From: a bacterium (candidate division B38) B3_B38
Lineage (GTDB): Bacteria > Acidobacteriota > B3-B38 > Guanabaribacteriales > B3-B38
Assembly: GCA_005223145.1 (NCBI GenBank)
Contig: NJBL01000004.1
Coordinates: forward strand, 1-60,670
DNA length: 60,670 bases
Direction: 5' to 3'
A model generated the notes under the pieces. The model was not told the DNA's origin. It made no database searches and saw only the letters and a program-made list of their open reading frames with translations. Both the position numbers and the translations under genes were made by a program. Positions 28,377 through 39,100 of this stretch are shown one piece after another (the stretch's first letter is position 1; each line of letters opens with the position of its first letter).

Positions 28377-29639
28377 ATGGGCAAGACGCTTGCAGAAAAA
28401 ATCATCGGTGAGCATGTGGGTCGAGAGGTTGTTGCCGGGGAGATAGTGGTAACGCCGGTCGATGTCTGCCTGGTGCAGGATGGAACTGGACCATTGGCCA
28501 TAAACCAGCTGCGAAAGATAAACCTTGAAAAAGCAGCTAACCCCCAGCAGACGGTGCTTTTTATCGACCATGCCTCTCCCAGTCCCCGCAAGGAATTGGC
28601 CAACGACCACATCGCCCTGCGTCAGTTCGCCCGGAAGACAGACTGCTATGTCTCCGAGGTAGGCGATGGAGTCTGCCATCAGGTGATTAACGAATACTAT
28701 ACGAGACCGGGGGATATTGTCATCGGAGCCGACTCTCACACCTGCACCTCGGGGGCTTTAGGAGCTTTGGGCACAGGAATGGGTTCTACCGATGTGGCTA
28801 TCGGTATCGCTCTGGGGAAGACCTGGCTGAGGGTTCCAGAGAGCTATCGTTTTGTGGTGTATGGTCGCTTCCAGCCGGGGGTATATGCCAAAGACCTCAT
28901 CCTCCATATTATAGGTATGCTTGGAGCCGATGGGGCTACTTATAAGTCAATGGAGTTCTGTGGTGAGACTATCGAAAATATGGAGATGAGTGAGCGGCTC
29001 ACTATGTCCAATATGGCAGTGGAAGCTGGGGCGAAGTGCGGCATTATTTTTTCGGATAAAAAGACCAGGGCTTATTTAATAGCGCATGGACGCGGCAAAA
29101 GCTATCGTGAGTTGAGGGCGGACGAGGATGCCACCTATGAGCGGACCTATGAGGTAAATGCCAGCAAGATTCTGCCCACCATATCCTTTCCCCACACAGT
29201 GGACAACACCAGAAACATCGAGCACAAGGACTGTCAGGATGTCAAAATAGACCAGGTCTATATCGGCACCTGCACCAATGGAAGACTGGAAGACCTACGC
29301 ATAGCTGCACAGATCTTAAAAGGGAAGCAAAGACATCCCGGCACCCGCCTCATAGTAGTCCCGGCTTCCCGAAGTGTCTATCAGCAGGCTCTGGAGGAGG
29401 GGACCCTGGCTATCCTCAACGGAGCGGGGGCATCCATCCAGAGCCCCGGATGCGGTCCCTGTGTGGGCATTCACCAGGGAGTGTTAGGGGATGGAGAGGC
29501 GTGCCTGTCAACCCAGAACCGGAACTTCAAGGGGAGGATGGGCAACCCCAATGCCTTCATCTATCTGGCATCCCCGGCCACAGCGGCGGCAACCGCTCTT
29601 AAGGGGAAAATCGCCGACCCAAGAGAGGTGATAGGATGA
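28377..29639 (+). CDS. LeuC/HacA-type hydro-lyase large subunit (archaeal-type IPM isomerase/homoaconitase family), possibly a TCA aconitase
   Basis: IDH, GADSHT, GTCTNGR, PGCGPCVG, STQNRNFKGRMG. Confidence 0.9.
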   Translation: MGKTLAEKIIGEHVGREVVAGEIVVTPVDVCLVQDGTGPLAINQLRKINLEKAANPQQTVLFIDHASPSPRKELANDHIALRQFARKTDCYVSEVGDGVCHQVINEYYTRPGDIVIGADSHTCTSGALGALGTGMGSTDVAIGIALGKTWLRVPESYRFVVYGRFQPGVYAKDLILHIIGMLGADGATYKSMEFCGETIENMEMSERLTMSNMAVEAGAKCGIIFSDKKTRAYLIAHGRGKSYRELRADEDATYERTYEVNASKILPTISFPHTVDNTRNIEHKDCQDVKIDQVYIGTCTNGRLEDLRIAAQILKGKQRHPGTRLIVVPASRSVYQQALEEGTLAILNGAGASIQSPGCGPCVGIHQGVLGDGEACLSTQNRNFKGRMGNPNAFIYLASPATAAATALKGKIADPREVIG

Positions 29640-30139
29640 CTGCGATGAGAGGGAAGGCTTGGAAGTTTGGTGATAGCATAAGCACCGACCACATCGCCCC
29701 GGGGAGGCTTTTTCACCTTCGCTCAAACCTGCCCGAGTTAGCCAAACATGTTCTGGAGGATGCTCGACCAGAGTTTGCCTCCAGTATGGCACCCGGGGAC
29801 TTTGTGGTGGGAGGAGGGAATTTCGGACTCGGCTCCAGCCGTGAGCATGCCCCTACCATAATCAAGATAGCCGGGGTTAGCGCGGTATTAGCTAAATCTT
29901 TTGCCCGCATCTTTTTCCGCAACTGCATCAATGTGGGGCTGCCTGCTATCATATGCGACACCGATAAGATCGACGAAGGGGATGAGCTGGAAGTAGACCT
30001 ATCGCGAGGAAAGGTGATCAATCGCACCAAAAAGATAGAGCTGAGCTTTCCCCCTTTGCCACCGGTGATGACTAAAATTCTCCAGGAAGGAGGATTAGCC
30101 AACTATATCCACAAGCATGGCGACTTTAGATTGAAATGA
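29636..30139 (+). CDS. LeuD/HacB-type hydro-lyase small subunit
   Basis: GDSISTDHIAPG, NFGLGSSREHA, SFARIFFRNCINVGLP. ATGA overlap with the large subunit. Confidence 0.9.
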   Translation: MTAMRGKAWKFGDSISTDHIAPGRLFHLRSNLPELAKHVLEDARPEFASSMAPGDFVVGGGNFGLGSSREHAPTIIKIAGVSAVLAKSFARIFFRNCINVGLPAIICDTDKIDEGDELEVDLSRGKVINRTKKIELSFPPLPPVMTKILQEGGLANYIHKHGDFRLK

Positions 30140-30186
30140 AAAAAGAAAATTATTAACCTTCAGCTAAAGGTAATAGGGAGGTGTAA

Positions 30187-31440
30187 ATGGTTAACTTTGA
30201 TAAATTAACTATCCCCAAGGAAGGGAGTAAAATAGAGGTAGAGGATGGGAAGCTGAAGGTGCCTGATGAGCCCATCATCCCCTTTATTGAAGGGGATGGA
30301 GTGGGACCAGATATCTGGGCCGCTGCCAAGAGGGTGCTTGATGCCGCAGTGGAGAAGGCTTATCGGGGAAAGAGAAGGATTGTGTGGTTGGAGATGTTTG
30401 CCGGGGATAAAGGGCAAAAGGTCTACGGTGAGGTTCTTCCGCATGACACCTTCGAGGCTATTCGGCACTTCGTTGTTGCCATCAAGGGTCCTCTGACCAC
30501 CCCCATAGCCGGGGGCTATCGGAGCCTCAATGTCACCCTGAGGCAGACCCTCAACCTTTATGCCTGCGTGCGACCGGTTCGCTACTTCAAAGGGGTACCC
30601 AGCCCGGTGAAACACCCCGAGCGGATGAATATGCTTATTTTCAGGGAGAACACCGAGGATGTTTACGCCGGGATAGAGTGGGCAGAAGGCACCCCCGAGG
30701 TGAAAAAAATCATCCAGTTCCTCAATAAGGAGATGGGGTGCTCCATCAAGGAGGATTCCGGAATCGGCATCAAGCCCATCAGTGAGAGGGCTACCAAGAG
30801 CCTGGTGCGAAAAGCTATTCGCTATGCTATTGACAGGAAGCTCCCCAGCGTTACTCTGGTTCATAAGGGGAATATTATGAAGTACACCGAAGGAGCTTTC
30901 CGCGACTGGGGATATGAGGTAGCCAGGGAGGAGTTCGGGGACTACACCGTTACCGAAAGCGAGCTGACCGAAAAATATGGTGGGGAACTACCCCCTGGCA
31001 AGTTTGTTATCAAAGATAGGGTAGCTGACTCCATGCTCCAGCAGATTCTCACCCGCACAGCTGAATACAGCGTCATAGCCCTGCCGAATCTCAACGGTGA
31101 CTACCTTTCCGATGCTTGCGCTGCCCAGGTGGGAGGGCTTGGTCTGGCTCCAGGAGCCAATATAGGGGACTACATAGCCCTCTTTGAGGCCACCCATGGT
31201 ACTGCTCCCAAGTATGCGGGGCTCGATAAGGTAAACCCGAGCTCCCTCACCCTCTCCGGGGTGATGATGTTAGAATATATGGGCTGGCAGGAAGCAGCCG
31301 ATATCATCGTCAAAGCCATAGAAAAAGCCATCTTGGCGAAAACTGTCACCTACGACCTGGAGCGGCTGATGGAGGGTGCCACCAAGCTGAAGTGCTCGGA
31401 GTTTGGCACTGCTATCATTAGCCACATGGAGGGGAGTTAA
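30187..31440 (+). CDS. icd: Isocitrate dehydrogenase (NADP, E. coli-type dimeric)
   Basis: [58 protein letters not shown]. Confidence 0.96.
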   Translation: MVNFDKLTIPKEGSKIEVEDGKLKVPDEPIIPFIEGDGVGPDIWAAAKRVLDAAVEKAYRGKRRIVWLEMFAGDKGQKVYGEVLPHDTFEAIRHFVVAIKGPLTTPIAGGYRSLNVTLRQTLNLYACVRPVRYFKGVPSPVKHPERMNMLIFRENTEDVYAGIEWAEGTPEVKKIIQFLNKEMGCSIKEDSGIGIKPISERATKSLVRKAIRYAIDRKLPSVTLVHKGNIMKYTEGAFRDWGYEVAREEFGDYTVTESELTEKYGGELPPGKFVIKDRVADSMLQQILTRTAEYSVIALPNLNGDYLSDACAAQVGGLGLAPGANIGDYIALFEATHGTAPKYAGLDKVNPSSLTLSGVMMLEYMGWQEAADIIVKAIEKAILAKTVTYDLERLMEGATKLKCSEFGTAIISHMEGS

Positions 31441-31545
31441 GGGGAGACAATCGAAAGCTTCCCTTTTGATCAGCTCGGGGGAGGATGGATAAAAAGATAA
31501 TTGCTCCTCCCTCGTTAAATTATCTATGCTATAAGGAGGTAGAGA

Positions 31546-32484
31546 ATGCCTAAAAGATATAAAATCGGATTAATTGGTGGAGGGCAAATCGGGGGGATTT
31601 TAGCCCTGATGATTGCCCAAAGAGAGCTTGGTGATGCCTTAGTAGTCGATATTCCTCAGAAGGAGGGATTAGCTAAGGGGAAGACTCTTGACATTATGGA
31701 GATGACCCCTCACTACGGCACCGATGTCAATCTTTCGGGCACCAGCGATTTTTCTCAGCTAAAAGGCTGCGATGTTATCATAATTACTGCCGGCGTTCCC
31801 CGCAGACCCGGAATGACCCGTGAAGACCTCCTCGATGTGAACCTTAAAATCATTACCAGCGTAGCCGAGAATATCAAGAAGCACTGCCCCGATGCGTTCA
31901 ACATCGTTCTCACTAACCCCTTAGATGCCATGGTCTACGCCTTTTACAAACTGACCGGCTTCCCCAAAAACCGGGTAATAGGGATGGCGGGTGCTCTTGA
32001 TACCGGACGCTTCAGGGCCTTTGTTGCTATGGAGACCGGTTACTCCGTTGAGGATATCACTGCCCCGGTTATGGGAGGGCATGGACCCACTATGGTACCC
32101 CTTTACAGGCTGGCTACCGTGGGGGGTGTTCCCCTTACCGAGATTCTCTCCCAGGAGAAGATCGACGCCATCGTGCAACGGACCCGGCAGGCAGGCACTG
32201 AGATTGTCAAACTGCTGGCTAACGGTAGCGCCTACTTCAGCCCCGCCGCCTCAGCCCTGGAGATGGCAGAATCTTATCTGAAGGACAAGAAGCGGATCAT
32301 CCCCTGCTCAGCCCTCTGCGAAGGGGAGTATGGCGTCCAGGGATACTTTATAGGCGTGCCCACGGTCATCGGAGCAGGAGGCGTGGAGAAGATTTTGGAG
32401 ATAAAGCTCACCCCGCAGGAGAAGGAAGCCTTACAGGAAACGCTGGAGGCGGTCAAAAAAGCGGTGGCGGATACCAAGCTCTAA
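31546..32484 (+). CDS. mdh: Malate dehydrogenase (LDH-like)
   Basis: GGGQIG, TAGVPRRPGMTREDL, TNPLD, LDTGRF, GGHG. Confidence 0.93.
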   Translation: MPKRYKIGLIGGGQIGGILALMIAQRELGDALVVDIPQKEGLAKGKTLDIMEMTPHYGTDVNLSGTSDFSQLKGCDVIIITAGVPRRPGMTREDLLDVNLKIITSVAENIKKHCPDAFNIVLTNPLDAMVYAFYKLTGFPKNRVIGMAGALDTGRFRAFVAMETGYSVEDITAPVMGGHGPTMVPLYRLATVGGVPLTEILSQEKIDAIVQRTRQAGTEIVKLLANGSAYFSPAASALEMAESYLKDKKRIIPCSALCEGEYGVQGYFIGVPTVIGAGGVEKILEIKLTPQEKEALQETLEAVKKAVADTKL

Positions 32485-32596
32485 AAGGGGCTGAAGCCTA
32501 CTACTTGATAACTTAACAATCCATTGAAGAGGGGGTTAAAATTACCCCTGCCCTTTTGTCTGGCAAAAGGGTCAATTTTCAAATAAAGGAGGGAGT

Positions 32597-33439
32597 ATGC
32601 GAGAGATTGAAGCCAAAACCATTACCGAAGCGGTCAAAAAGCTTTGCATAGATGCCTGCTATTATCTTAATGACGAGATTCTTGATGCGTTTCGAAAGTG
32701 CAAGGAGAAGGAAGAATCTCCCGTTGCGGTGGATATCTTAAGCCAGCTGGAGGAGAACGCCAGGATTTCCCGGGAAGGTCAGTTTCCCCTCTGCCAGGAT
32801 ACCGGCTTTGCGGTATTATTTGTGGAGCTGGGCGCCGATGTGGTGATAAAAGGAGGAACCCTCCCCGAGGCTATCAATGAAGGGGTGCGGCAGGGCTACA
32901 CCGAGGGGTATCTGCGCAAATCGATTGTCTCCGACCCCCTTGAGAGGAAGAATACCGGTGACAACACCCCAGCTGCCTTACACTTAGAGATTGTCCCTGG
33001 TGATAAGCTGAAGATAACCATCCTCCCCAAAGGGGGAGGGAGCGAGAATATGAGCGAGGTGCGGATGCTCAAGCCAGCCGATGGAGCTAAGGGGGTGATC
33101 GACTTCGTGCTGGAAAGGGTGAGTAAGGCAGGACCCAATCCCTGCCCACCGATTGTGGTAGGGGTGGGGATTGGAGGCACCTTTGAGATGGCCGCTCTTA
33201 TAGCCAAGAAAGCCCTGCTCAGGCCCCTGGGAAGCCGCAATCCCAAGCCCCATCTGGCGGCTATCGAGGAGGAGCTTATAGAGAGGATCAACCACATGGG
33301 GATCGGTCCTCAGGGATTCGGCGGTCGTTGCACTGCGCTGGCAGTCCATGTGGAGGCTTACCCCTGTCATATCGCCAGCCTTCCAGCGGCGGTAAACATT
33401 GAGTGCCACTCTCATCGGCACAAAGAGATAGTTTTGTAG
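32597..33439 (+). CDS. fumA: Class I fumarate hydratase, alpha subunit
   Basis: CQDTG, GYLRKS, KGGGSEN, NPCPP, CHIASLP, C-terminal CHSHRH. Confidence 0.9.
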   Translation: MREIEAKTITEAVKKLCIDACYYLNDEILDAFRKCKEKEESPVAVDILSQLEENARISREGQFPLCQDTGFAVLFVELGADVVIKGGTLPEAINEGVRQGYTEGYLRKSIVSDPLERKNTGDNTPAALHLEIVPGDKLKITILPKGGGSENMSEVRMLKPADGAKGVIDFVLERVSKAGPNPCPPIVVGVGIGGTFEMAALIAKKALLRPLGSRNPKPHLAAIEEELIERINHMGIGPQGFGGRCTALAVHVEAYPCHIASLPAAVNIECHSHRHKEIVL

Positions 33440-33518
33440 GGAGGAGCCTCCGTATTCTGAGGCAAAGGGGCTTTCAGCCCATAAGGAAAACCATTATGGC
33501 AGAGAAAAGGAGTTATCT

Positions 33519-34070
33519 ATGGCAGAAGTAAAACTTAGCGCTCCCCTTACCGACAAAGATGTAGAGTCTTTGAATATAGGGGATAAAGTATTGATTACTG
33601 GTTCCATCCTTGTGGGCAGAGATTCTGCTCACAAACGATTAATAGACCTGCTGGATGCCGGCAAACCCCTCCCCGTTGACCTTAAGGGTCAGGTAATCTA
33701 CTACGCAGGACCATCTCCGGCTCGTCCCGGAAACCCCGTTGGCTCGGCTGGTCCCACCACCAGCGGAAGGATAGACCCTTACGCCCCCAGGCTACTCGCC
33801 CTGGGGCTGAAGGGAATGATTGGCAAGGGGTCCCGCTCAGCCGAGGTGATCGAAGCCTGCAAGAAGTATAAAGCGGTCTACCTGGCTGCTGTAGGAGGTG
33901 CCGCAGCTCTGATTGCCAAAAGCATCAAAAAAGCAGAGGTGATTGCTTATCCCGAGCTGGGACCCGAAGCCCTCAGGTGGATGGAGGTGGAGAATTTCCC
34001 CGCTATTGTGGTCAATGATACTAAGGGAAACGACCTCTATGTGGAGGGGCGTTCCCAGTATCAGAGATGA
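33519..34070 (+). CDS. fumB: Class I fumarate hydratase, beta subunit
   Basis: GRDSAHKR, GPTTSGR, IGKG, ELGPEA. Confidence 0.9.
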   Translation: MAEVKLSAPLTDKDVESLNIGDKVLITGSILVGRDSAHKRLIDLLDAGKPLPVDLKGQVIYYAGPSPARPGNPVGSAGPTTSGRIDPYAPRLLALGLKGMIGKGSRSAEVIEACKKYKAVYLAAVGGAAALIAKSIKKAEVIAYPELGPEALRWMEVENFPAIVVNDTKGNDLYVEGRSQYQR

Positions 34071-34154
34071 GGGGGTATTTTCCACTTCACTTTGAGGGTA
34101 ACGGCATTAATGGGACAACCACAACCGAGAGTAGTCTAAGGAGGTGTTGGATAT

Positions 34155-34496
34155 ATGTTTTATAGATGGCATGTGGGAACAGTGGCCTGGGTTCTCCACC
34201 GTCTATCCGGGGCTTTGATTGTATTCTATCTGGTGCTCCATATCTGGGTTATGAGCTTCCTGCAGAAGGGCCCGGAGAGCTTCAACCGGGTTATGCATCT
34301 GCTGGAAAACCCCCTGTTTAAGCTTCTGGAGATAGGGCTCCTGGGAGTGGTAATTTATCACAGCCTGAACGGGATACGGTTGGTCATTCTGGACCTCGGA
34401 TATGGAATGGCACACCAGAAGAAGATGTTCTGGGCGGTGGTCGTAGTAGGGATTGTCATTTTTGTTCTGGGAGCCGTACCCCTTTACCCCTTCTGA
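34155..34496 (+). CDS. sdhC: Succinate dehydrogenase cytochrome b556 subunit
   Basis: LHRLSG, YHSLNGIRL, 3 TM helices. Confidence 0.9.
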   Translation: MFYRWHVGTVAWVLHRLSGALIVFYLVLHIWVMSFLQKGPESFNRVMHLLENPLFKLLEIGLLGVVIYHSLNGIRLVILDLGYGMAHQKKMFWAVVVVGIVIFVLGAVPLYPF

Positions 34497-34520
34497 GTTG
34501 GGGAGAATGAGGAGTAAGCT

Positions 34521-34886
34521 ATGAGTAACAGAAAGCTCTATATAGCCGGAGGGGGCTGGAGCTGGCTTTTCCAGCGCCTCAGCGGGGTCTATATTCTGGC
34601 AATCATCATCATCCATTTCTGGTTCATCCATTATGCTGGCAATGGGGAGCTAACCTACCAGAATATAGCTACCAGGTTAGCTACCCCCTTCTGGAAGACG
34701 CTTGATGTAAGTTTTCTGGTTTTGGCCCTTTACCATGGCTTGAACGGGATGTGGGCGATAACCCAGGACTGGATTAAGAGAGACGGATGGCGGATGCTGA
34801 TTTACGCCGTCATTGTGGTCGTTGCCTTAGTTTTTGGAGTGCTGGGATTGATCACCGTTATCAGCTTTAAACCAGAAATATTGTGA
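34521..34886 (+). CDS. sdhD: Succinate dehydrogenase membrane anchor subunit
   Basis: [19 protein letters not shown], 3 TM helices. Confidence 0.88.
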   Translation: MSNRKLYIAGGGWSWLFQRLSGVYILAIIIIHFWFIHYAGNGELTYQNIATRLATPFWKTLDVSFLVLALYHGLNGMWAITQDWIKRDGWRMLIYAVIVVVALVFGVLGLITVISFKPEIL

Positions 34887-34900
34887 AGAGGGAGAGAGCT

Positions 34901-36610
34901 ATGATACACCACCAACACGACATCGTCATCATAGGGGCGGGATTAGCCGGGTTGCGAGCAGCTCTGGAGACCAGCCGGGTGGCAGATACAGCCTTGCTGA
35001 CTAAGGTCTATCCCAGCCGCTCACATTCAGGCGGTGCTCAGGGAGGGATAGCGGCTTCACTGGCTAATGAGAGCGACGACAACTGGGAACTCCATATGTT
35101 CGACACGGTGAAAGGGAGCGACTACTTAGGGGACCAGGATGCCATTGAGATACTGGTGAAGGAGGCTCCCGCTACTGTCATTGAGTTGGAGCATATGGGG
35201 GTCCCCTTCAGCCGTAACGCTAATGGGACCATTGCCCAGCGGCGCTTCGGTGGTCACTCTCGCCCGAGGGCTTGCTATGCCTCCGATTATACCGGTCATG
35301 TCATCCTCCATACTTTGTATGAGCAGGGAGTCAAGCAGGGGGTTGAAGTCTACTCCGAGTTCTATGTGGTAAGTCTTATTATGAACAAGGGGAACTGCTG
35401 CGGAGTGGTTGCCCTCGATATCCTCAGTGGGGAACTGCACCTCTTCCACAGTAAGGCTGTTATGTTCGCTACCGGTGGTTATGGTAGGGCTTACAAGATA
35501 ACCTCTAATGCCCATGCCAATACCGGCGATGGTTTGAGCATTGTCTATCGGGTTGACATCCCCATAGAGGATATGGAGTTCGTCCAGTTCCATCCCACCG
35601 GTCTCTACAAGCATGGAATCCTCGTTACTGAGGGTGCCCGGGGAGAGGGGGGCTATCTTCTCAATAAGGACGGCGAGAGGTTTATGAAAAACTATGCCCC
35701 CGAGAAGATGGAGCTCGCCCCCCGGGATTTGACCTCCCGTGCCATGCAAACAGAGATGAACGAGGGGAGAGGAATAGAGGGTAAGGACTATATCCACATT
35801 GACCTGAGGCATTTGGGCGCAGCGAAAATTTTGGAACGCCTCCCCCAGATCCATGAGTTAGCCCTAAATTTTGTTGGGGTGGACTGCACCAAGGAACCAA
35901 TCCCCATCCAGCCCACCGCCCATTACTCCATGGGGGGCATTCCTACCGATAACCATGGGCAGGTGGTCATTGATAAGGATAATACCCCTGTTAAGGGGCT
36001 TTATGCTGCCGGGGAGTGCGCTTGCGTTTCGGTTCATGGGGGGAACAGGCTGGGGACCAACTCCCTGCTGGAGGCTACCCTCTTCGGGCAGCGGGCAGGA
36101 GAGGCGATGGCGGAGCTCGTCCAGCGAGAGAAGGAATTCACCCCGCTGCCAGAGAATCCAGCCCAGCCAGCCGAGAAGGAGATTGCCACCATTTTGGAAA
36201 ACGAGGGGAAGGAGTCGGTGGCTCAAATCAGGGAAGAGCTCCAGGTCTCTATGACTGATAACTGCGGTATCTTCCGCGACGAAAAGAAGCTTAAGAAGGA
36301 GCTGGAGATTGTCAAGAGCCTGCAGGAGCGCTATAAGCACATCCATATAGATGACAAAGGAATGCGATGCAATACCGATCTGATGGAGGCTCTGGAGTTG
36401 GGGCATTTGCTTGACTTCGCCGAAGTGATTGTGGCTGGTGCCTTAAATCGTACAGAAAGTCGGGGCTCTCACTACCGCATCGACTACCCCAAGAGAGACG
36501 ATGAGAATTGGCTGAAGCATACCCTGGCGTATAGAACCGATAAGGGCCCACGTTTCGATTACAAGAAGGTGGTTATCACCAGGTATCAGCCCACTGAAAG
36601 GAAGTATTAG
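34901..36610 (+). CDS. sdhA: Succinate dehydrogenase/fumarate reductase flavoprotein subunit
   Basis: [16 protein letters not shown] (covalent FAD His), [32 protein letters not shown]. Confidence 0.95.
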   Translation: MIHHQHDIVIIGAGLAGLRAALETSRVADTALLTKVYPSRSHSGGAQGGIAASLANESDDNWELHMFDTVKGSDYLGDQDAIEILVKEAPATVIELEHMGVPFSRNANGTIAQRRFGGHSRPRACYASDYTGHVILHTLYEQGVKQGVEVYSEFYVVSLIMNKGNCCGVVALDILSGELHLFHSKAVMFATGGYGRAYKITSNAHANTGDGLSIVYRVDIPIEDMEFVQFHPTGLYKHGILVTEGARGEGGYLLNKDGERFMKNYAPEKMELAPRDLTSRAMQTEMNEGRGIEGKDYIHIDLRHLGAAKILERLPQIHELALNFVGVDCTKEPIPIQPTAHYSMGGIPTDNHGQVVIDKDNTPVKGLYAAGECACVSVHGGNRLGTNSLLEATLFGQRAGEAMAELVQREKEFTPLPENPAQPAEKEIATILENEGKESVAQIREELQVSMTDNCGIFRDEKKLKKELEIVKSLQERYKHIHIDDKGMRCNTDLMEALELGHLLDFAEVIVAGALNRTESRGSHYRIDYPKRDDENWLKHTLAYRTDKGPRFDYKKVVITRYQPTERKY

Positions 36611-36624
36611 GGAGGAAGAAGACC

Positions 36625-37326
36625 ATGGAGATAACCTTCAAGATATTGAGGTTTGACCCTGATAAGAATAAGAAACCCTATTACCGAAAATATACCGTGA
36701 AAGTCGAGCCCGGCATGACGGTGCTTGATGGCTTGAACGAGATCAAGTGGAGGCAGGATGGAACTCTCGCTTACCGCCGCTCCTGCCGCAGCGCCATCTG
36801 CGGTTCCTGCGCTATGACCATTAACGGGGTGAATAGATTGGCTTGCAATAGCCAGATTCTCGCCCTGAAGAGGAAGACTGTTGTTGTAGAACCCTTGCGA
36901 CGCTTTCCCATAATCAAAGACCTGATTGTCGATATGGACCCCTTCTTTGAGAAGATGTCCATCATCAAGCCCTATCTGATCACGCATTCCCCTGCTGGGC
37001 TACGGGAGAGGCTTCAAAGCCCCGAAGAGCGGAAACTCCTCGATGAGCCGGTGACTTGCATCTTATGTGGTGCGTGCACCTCTTCCTGCCCCTCTTACTG
37101 GTATAACAAGAATTACCTCGGTCCTGCTTCCCTGTTCAAAGCCTACCGCTTTGTCTTCGACAGTCGTGATGAAGGGACAGAGGAGAGGTTAAGGATAATC
37201 AGCGACCGGGATGGGCTGTGGCGATGCCACTCCATATTCAACTGTGTGGAGGCATGCCCCAAGTCTTTGAATCCTACCTATGCCATAGCGGAGCTGAAGA
37301 AGAAGATAGTTACTACCAAGCTGTAA
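36625..37326 (+). CDS. sdhB: Succinate dehydrogenase iron-sulfur subunit
   Basis: SCRSAICGSC, CILCGACTSSCP, CHSIFNCVEACP. Confidence 0.95.
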   Translation: MEITFKILRFDPDKNKKPYYRKYTVKVEPGMTVLDGLNEIKWRQDGTLAYRRSCRSAICGSCAMTINGVNRLACNSQILALKRKTVVVEPLRRFPIIKDLIVDMDPFFEKMSIIKPYLITHSPAGLRERLQSPEERKLLDEPVTCILCGACTSSCPSYWYNKNYLGPASLFKAYRFVFDSRDEGTEERLRIISDRDGLWRCHSIFNCVEACPKSLNPTYAIAELKKKIVTTKL

Positions 37327-37414
37327 GCATAAGGGAATTGGTTGTTGATTTCCCCTTAAGCCCCCAAAGCTGAAGGGGGCAACACACTTATATTAAGGGG
37401 GGAAGTCTATAGCT

Positions 37415-37849
37415 GTGGAGCAAACCCTTACTATTATCAAGCCCGATGGTGTTGCCCGTGGGCTTACCGGGAGAATTCTGGAGGCTCTGGAAAACGAAGG
37501 GATGAAGATAGTGGGGACGAAGATGGTCCAGTTGACCAAAAGAGGTGCAGAGGGGTTTTATCAGGTCCATCGGCATCAACCTTTCTTCGACAGCCTTACT
37601 ACGTATATGTCTTCGGGACCGGTGGTATTAGCAGTTCTGGAAGGGGAAGGGATTATTGAGCGATTGCGTCAGCTTATGGGGGCAACCGATCCCCAAAAGG
37701 CAGCTCCCGGAACTCTTCGCCACCGCTACGGGCTTTCCATCCAGGAAAATGTGATCCATGGCTCCGACTCTCTCGATACCGCCCGGTGGGAGATTGCCTA
37801 TTTCTTCAGCCAGATGGAAATCCACAGCCGCCCCTTGAATTCCGGCTGA
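37415..37849 (+). CDS. ndk: Nucleoside diphosphate kinase
   Basis: TLTIIKPDG, MGATDP, NVIHGSDS. Confidence 0.95.
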   Translation: MEQTLTIIKPDGVARGLTGRILEALENEGMKIVGTKMVQLTKRGAEGFYQVHRHQPFFDSLTTYMSSGPVVLAVLEGEGIIERLRQLMGATDPQKAAPGTLRHRYGLSIQENVIHGSDSLDTARWEIAYFFSQMEIHSRPLNSG

Positions 37850-37852
37850 GAT

Positions 37853-38983
37853 ATGAGCGAGGTTTTATCCTATTTCCGGCAGAACAGGGAGAGGATTGTT
37901 GAGCTGCTGGAGGAGCTGGTAAAACTGGAGTCTCCCAGCTTGCACAAGCCCTCCTGCGATAAGCTGGCCATCTTCCTGTGGGACCAGTTTACCTCTTCGG
38001 GAATCGAGGCCACCATTCTGGAACAACAGAAGGTGGGAAGCTTCCTCCGGGTGGAGTTCGGTCAGGGTGAGGAGCAAATTCTTGTTCTCTGCCACATGGA
38101 CACTGTCTGGTCTTTGGGAGAGGTGAGGCGGCGCCCCGTTAAACGCCAGGGAGAGAAACTCTATGGACCGGGGGCGTATGATATGAAGGGGGGCATCTGC
38201 CTGGGTCTGTTTAGCCTCAAAGCAATAAAGGAGCTGGAGCTTAGTCTTAATAAAAGGGTGGTCATCATCATTAACTCTGACGAGGAGATCGGAAGCCACT
38301 TCTCCCGCCCCCTAATAGAAGCCGAAGCCAAGTCGAGCAAAGCAGTGCTCTGCCTGGAGCCAGCAATTCCGGGTGGGAAGCTCAAGACTTCGCGCAAGGG
38401 GGTCGGCGTTTTCACTCTCAGAATCAAGGGGAGGGCAGCTCACACCGCGGGCGATTATAAGCAAGGTGTAAGTGCTATTCATGAATTAGCCCATCATATA
38501 TTGAAAATTCATAAGCTTTCTGACCCTCGTCGGGGCTTAACCCTTAATGTGGGAAGGGTAGAAGGCGGAACCTTATCCAATGTGGTCGCCGCCACCAGTG
38601 AGGCGGAGATCGACCTCCGCTTTATTGACCCTGCCGATGGGGAGAAGGTTGTCAACCAGCTCTATAATTTAAGACCGATATTGCCGGGCATTAGCCTGGA
38701 GGTATCGGGGGCTATAAACCGCCCTCCTTTGTTGCCCACCCCTCAGAACCAGAGCCTTTTCAGAAGGGCACAGGAAATAGCTTTGAGTGAGCTTAACCTT
38801 CAGCTGGAGGCGGGTATGAGCGGTGGGGGGAGTGATGCCAATTTCACCTCAGCCCTCGGCATCCCTACTCTGGATGGACTGGGGGTTGATGGAGATGGAG
38901 CACATTCGGTGGATGAGTTTGTCCTGCTTCCCAGTCTTGTTGAGCGGGGAGCACTCCTCACAGAGCTTCTTGTCAAACTGTAA
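37853..38983 (+). CDS. M20 family metallopeptidase (glutamate carboxypeptidase-like)
   Basis: HMDTV, GPGAYDMKGG, SDEEIGS, GGGSDAN, GAHS. Confidence 0.9.
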   Translation: MSEVLSYFRQNRERIVELLEELVKLESPSLHKPSCDKLAIFLWDQFTSSGIEATILEQQKVGSFLRVEFGQGEEQILVLCHMDTVWSLGEVRRRPVKRQGEKLYGPGAYDMKGGICLGLFSLKAIKELELSLNKRVVIIINSDEEIGSHFSRPLIEAEAKSSKAVLCLEPAIPGGKLKTSRKGVGVFTLRIKGRAAHTAGDYKQGVSAIHELAHHILKIHKLSDPRRGLTLNVGRVEGGTLSNVVAATSEAEIDLRFIDPADGEKVVNQLYNLRPILPGISLEVSGAINRPPLLPTPQNQSLFRRAQEIALSELNLQLEAGMSGGGSDANFTSALGIPTLDGLGVDGDGAHSVDEFVLLPSLVERGALLTELLVKL

Positions 38984-39100
38984 AATCCGCTTCTATTTTT
39001 TCGTACTTTTCGCCTCTACCCGAACAGAGGAGCCAGCCAGGCAACATTTTTGGTTTAGCAAAGGCATATGAGCAGGTTTTGGCTGATGGTCAGGTGAGGA

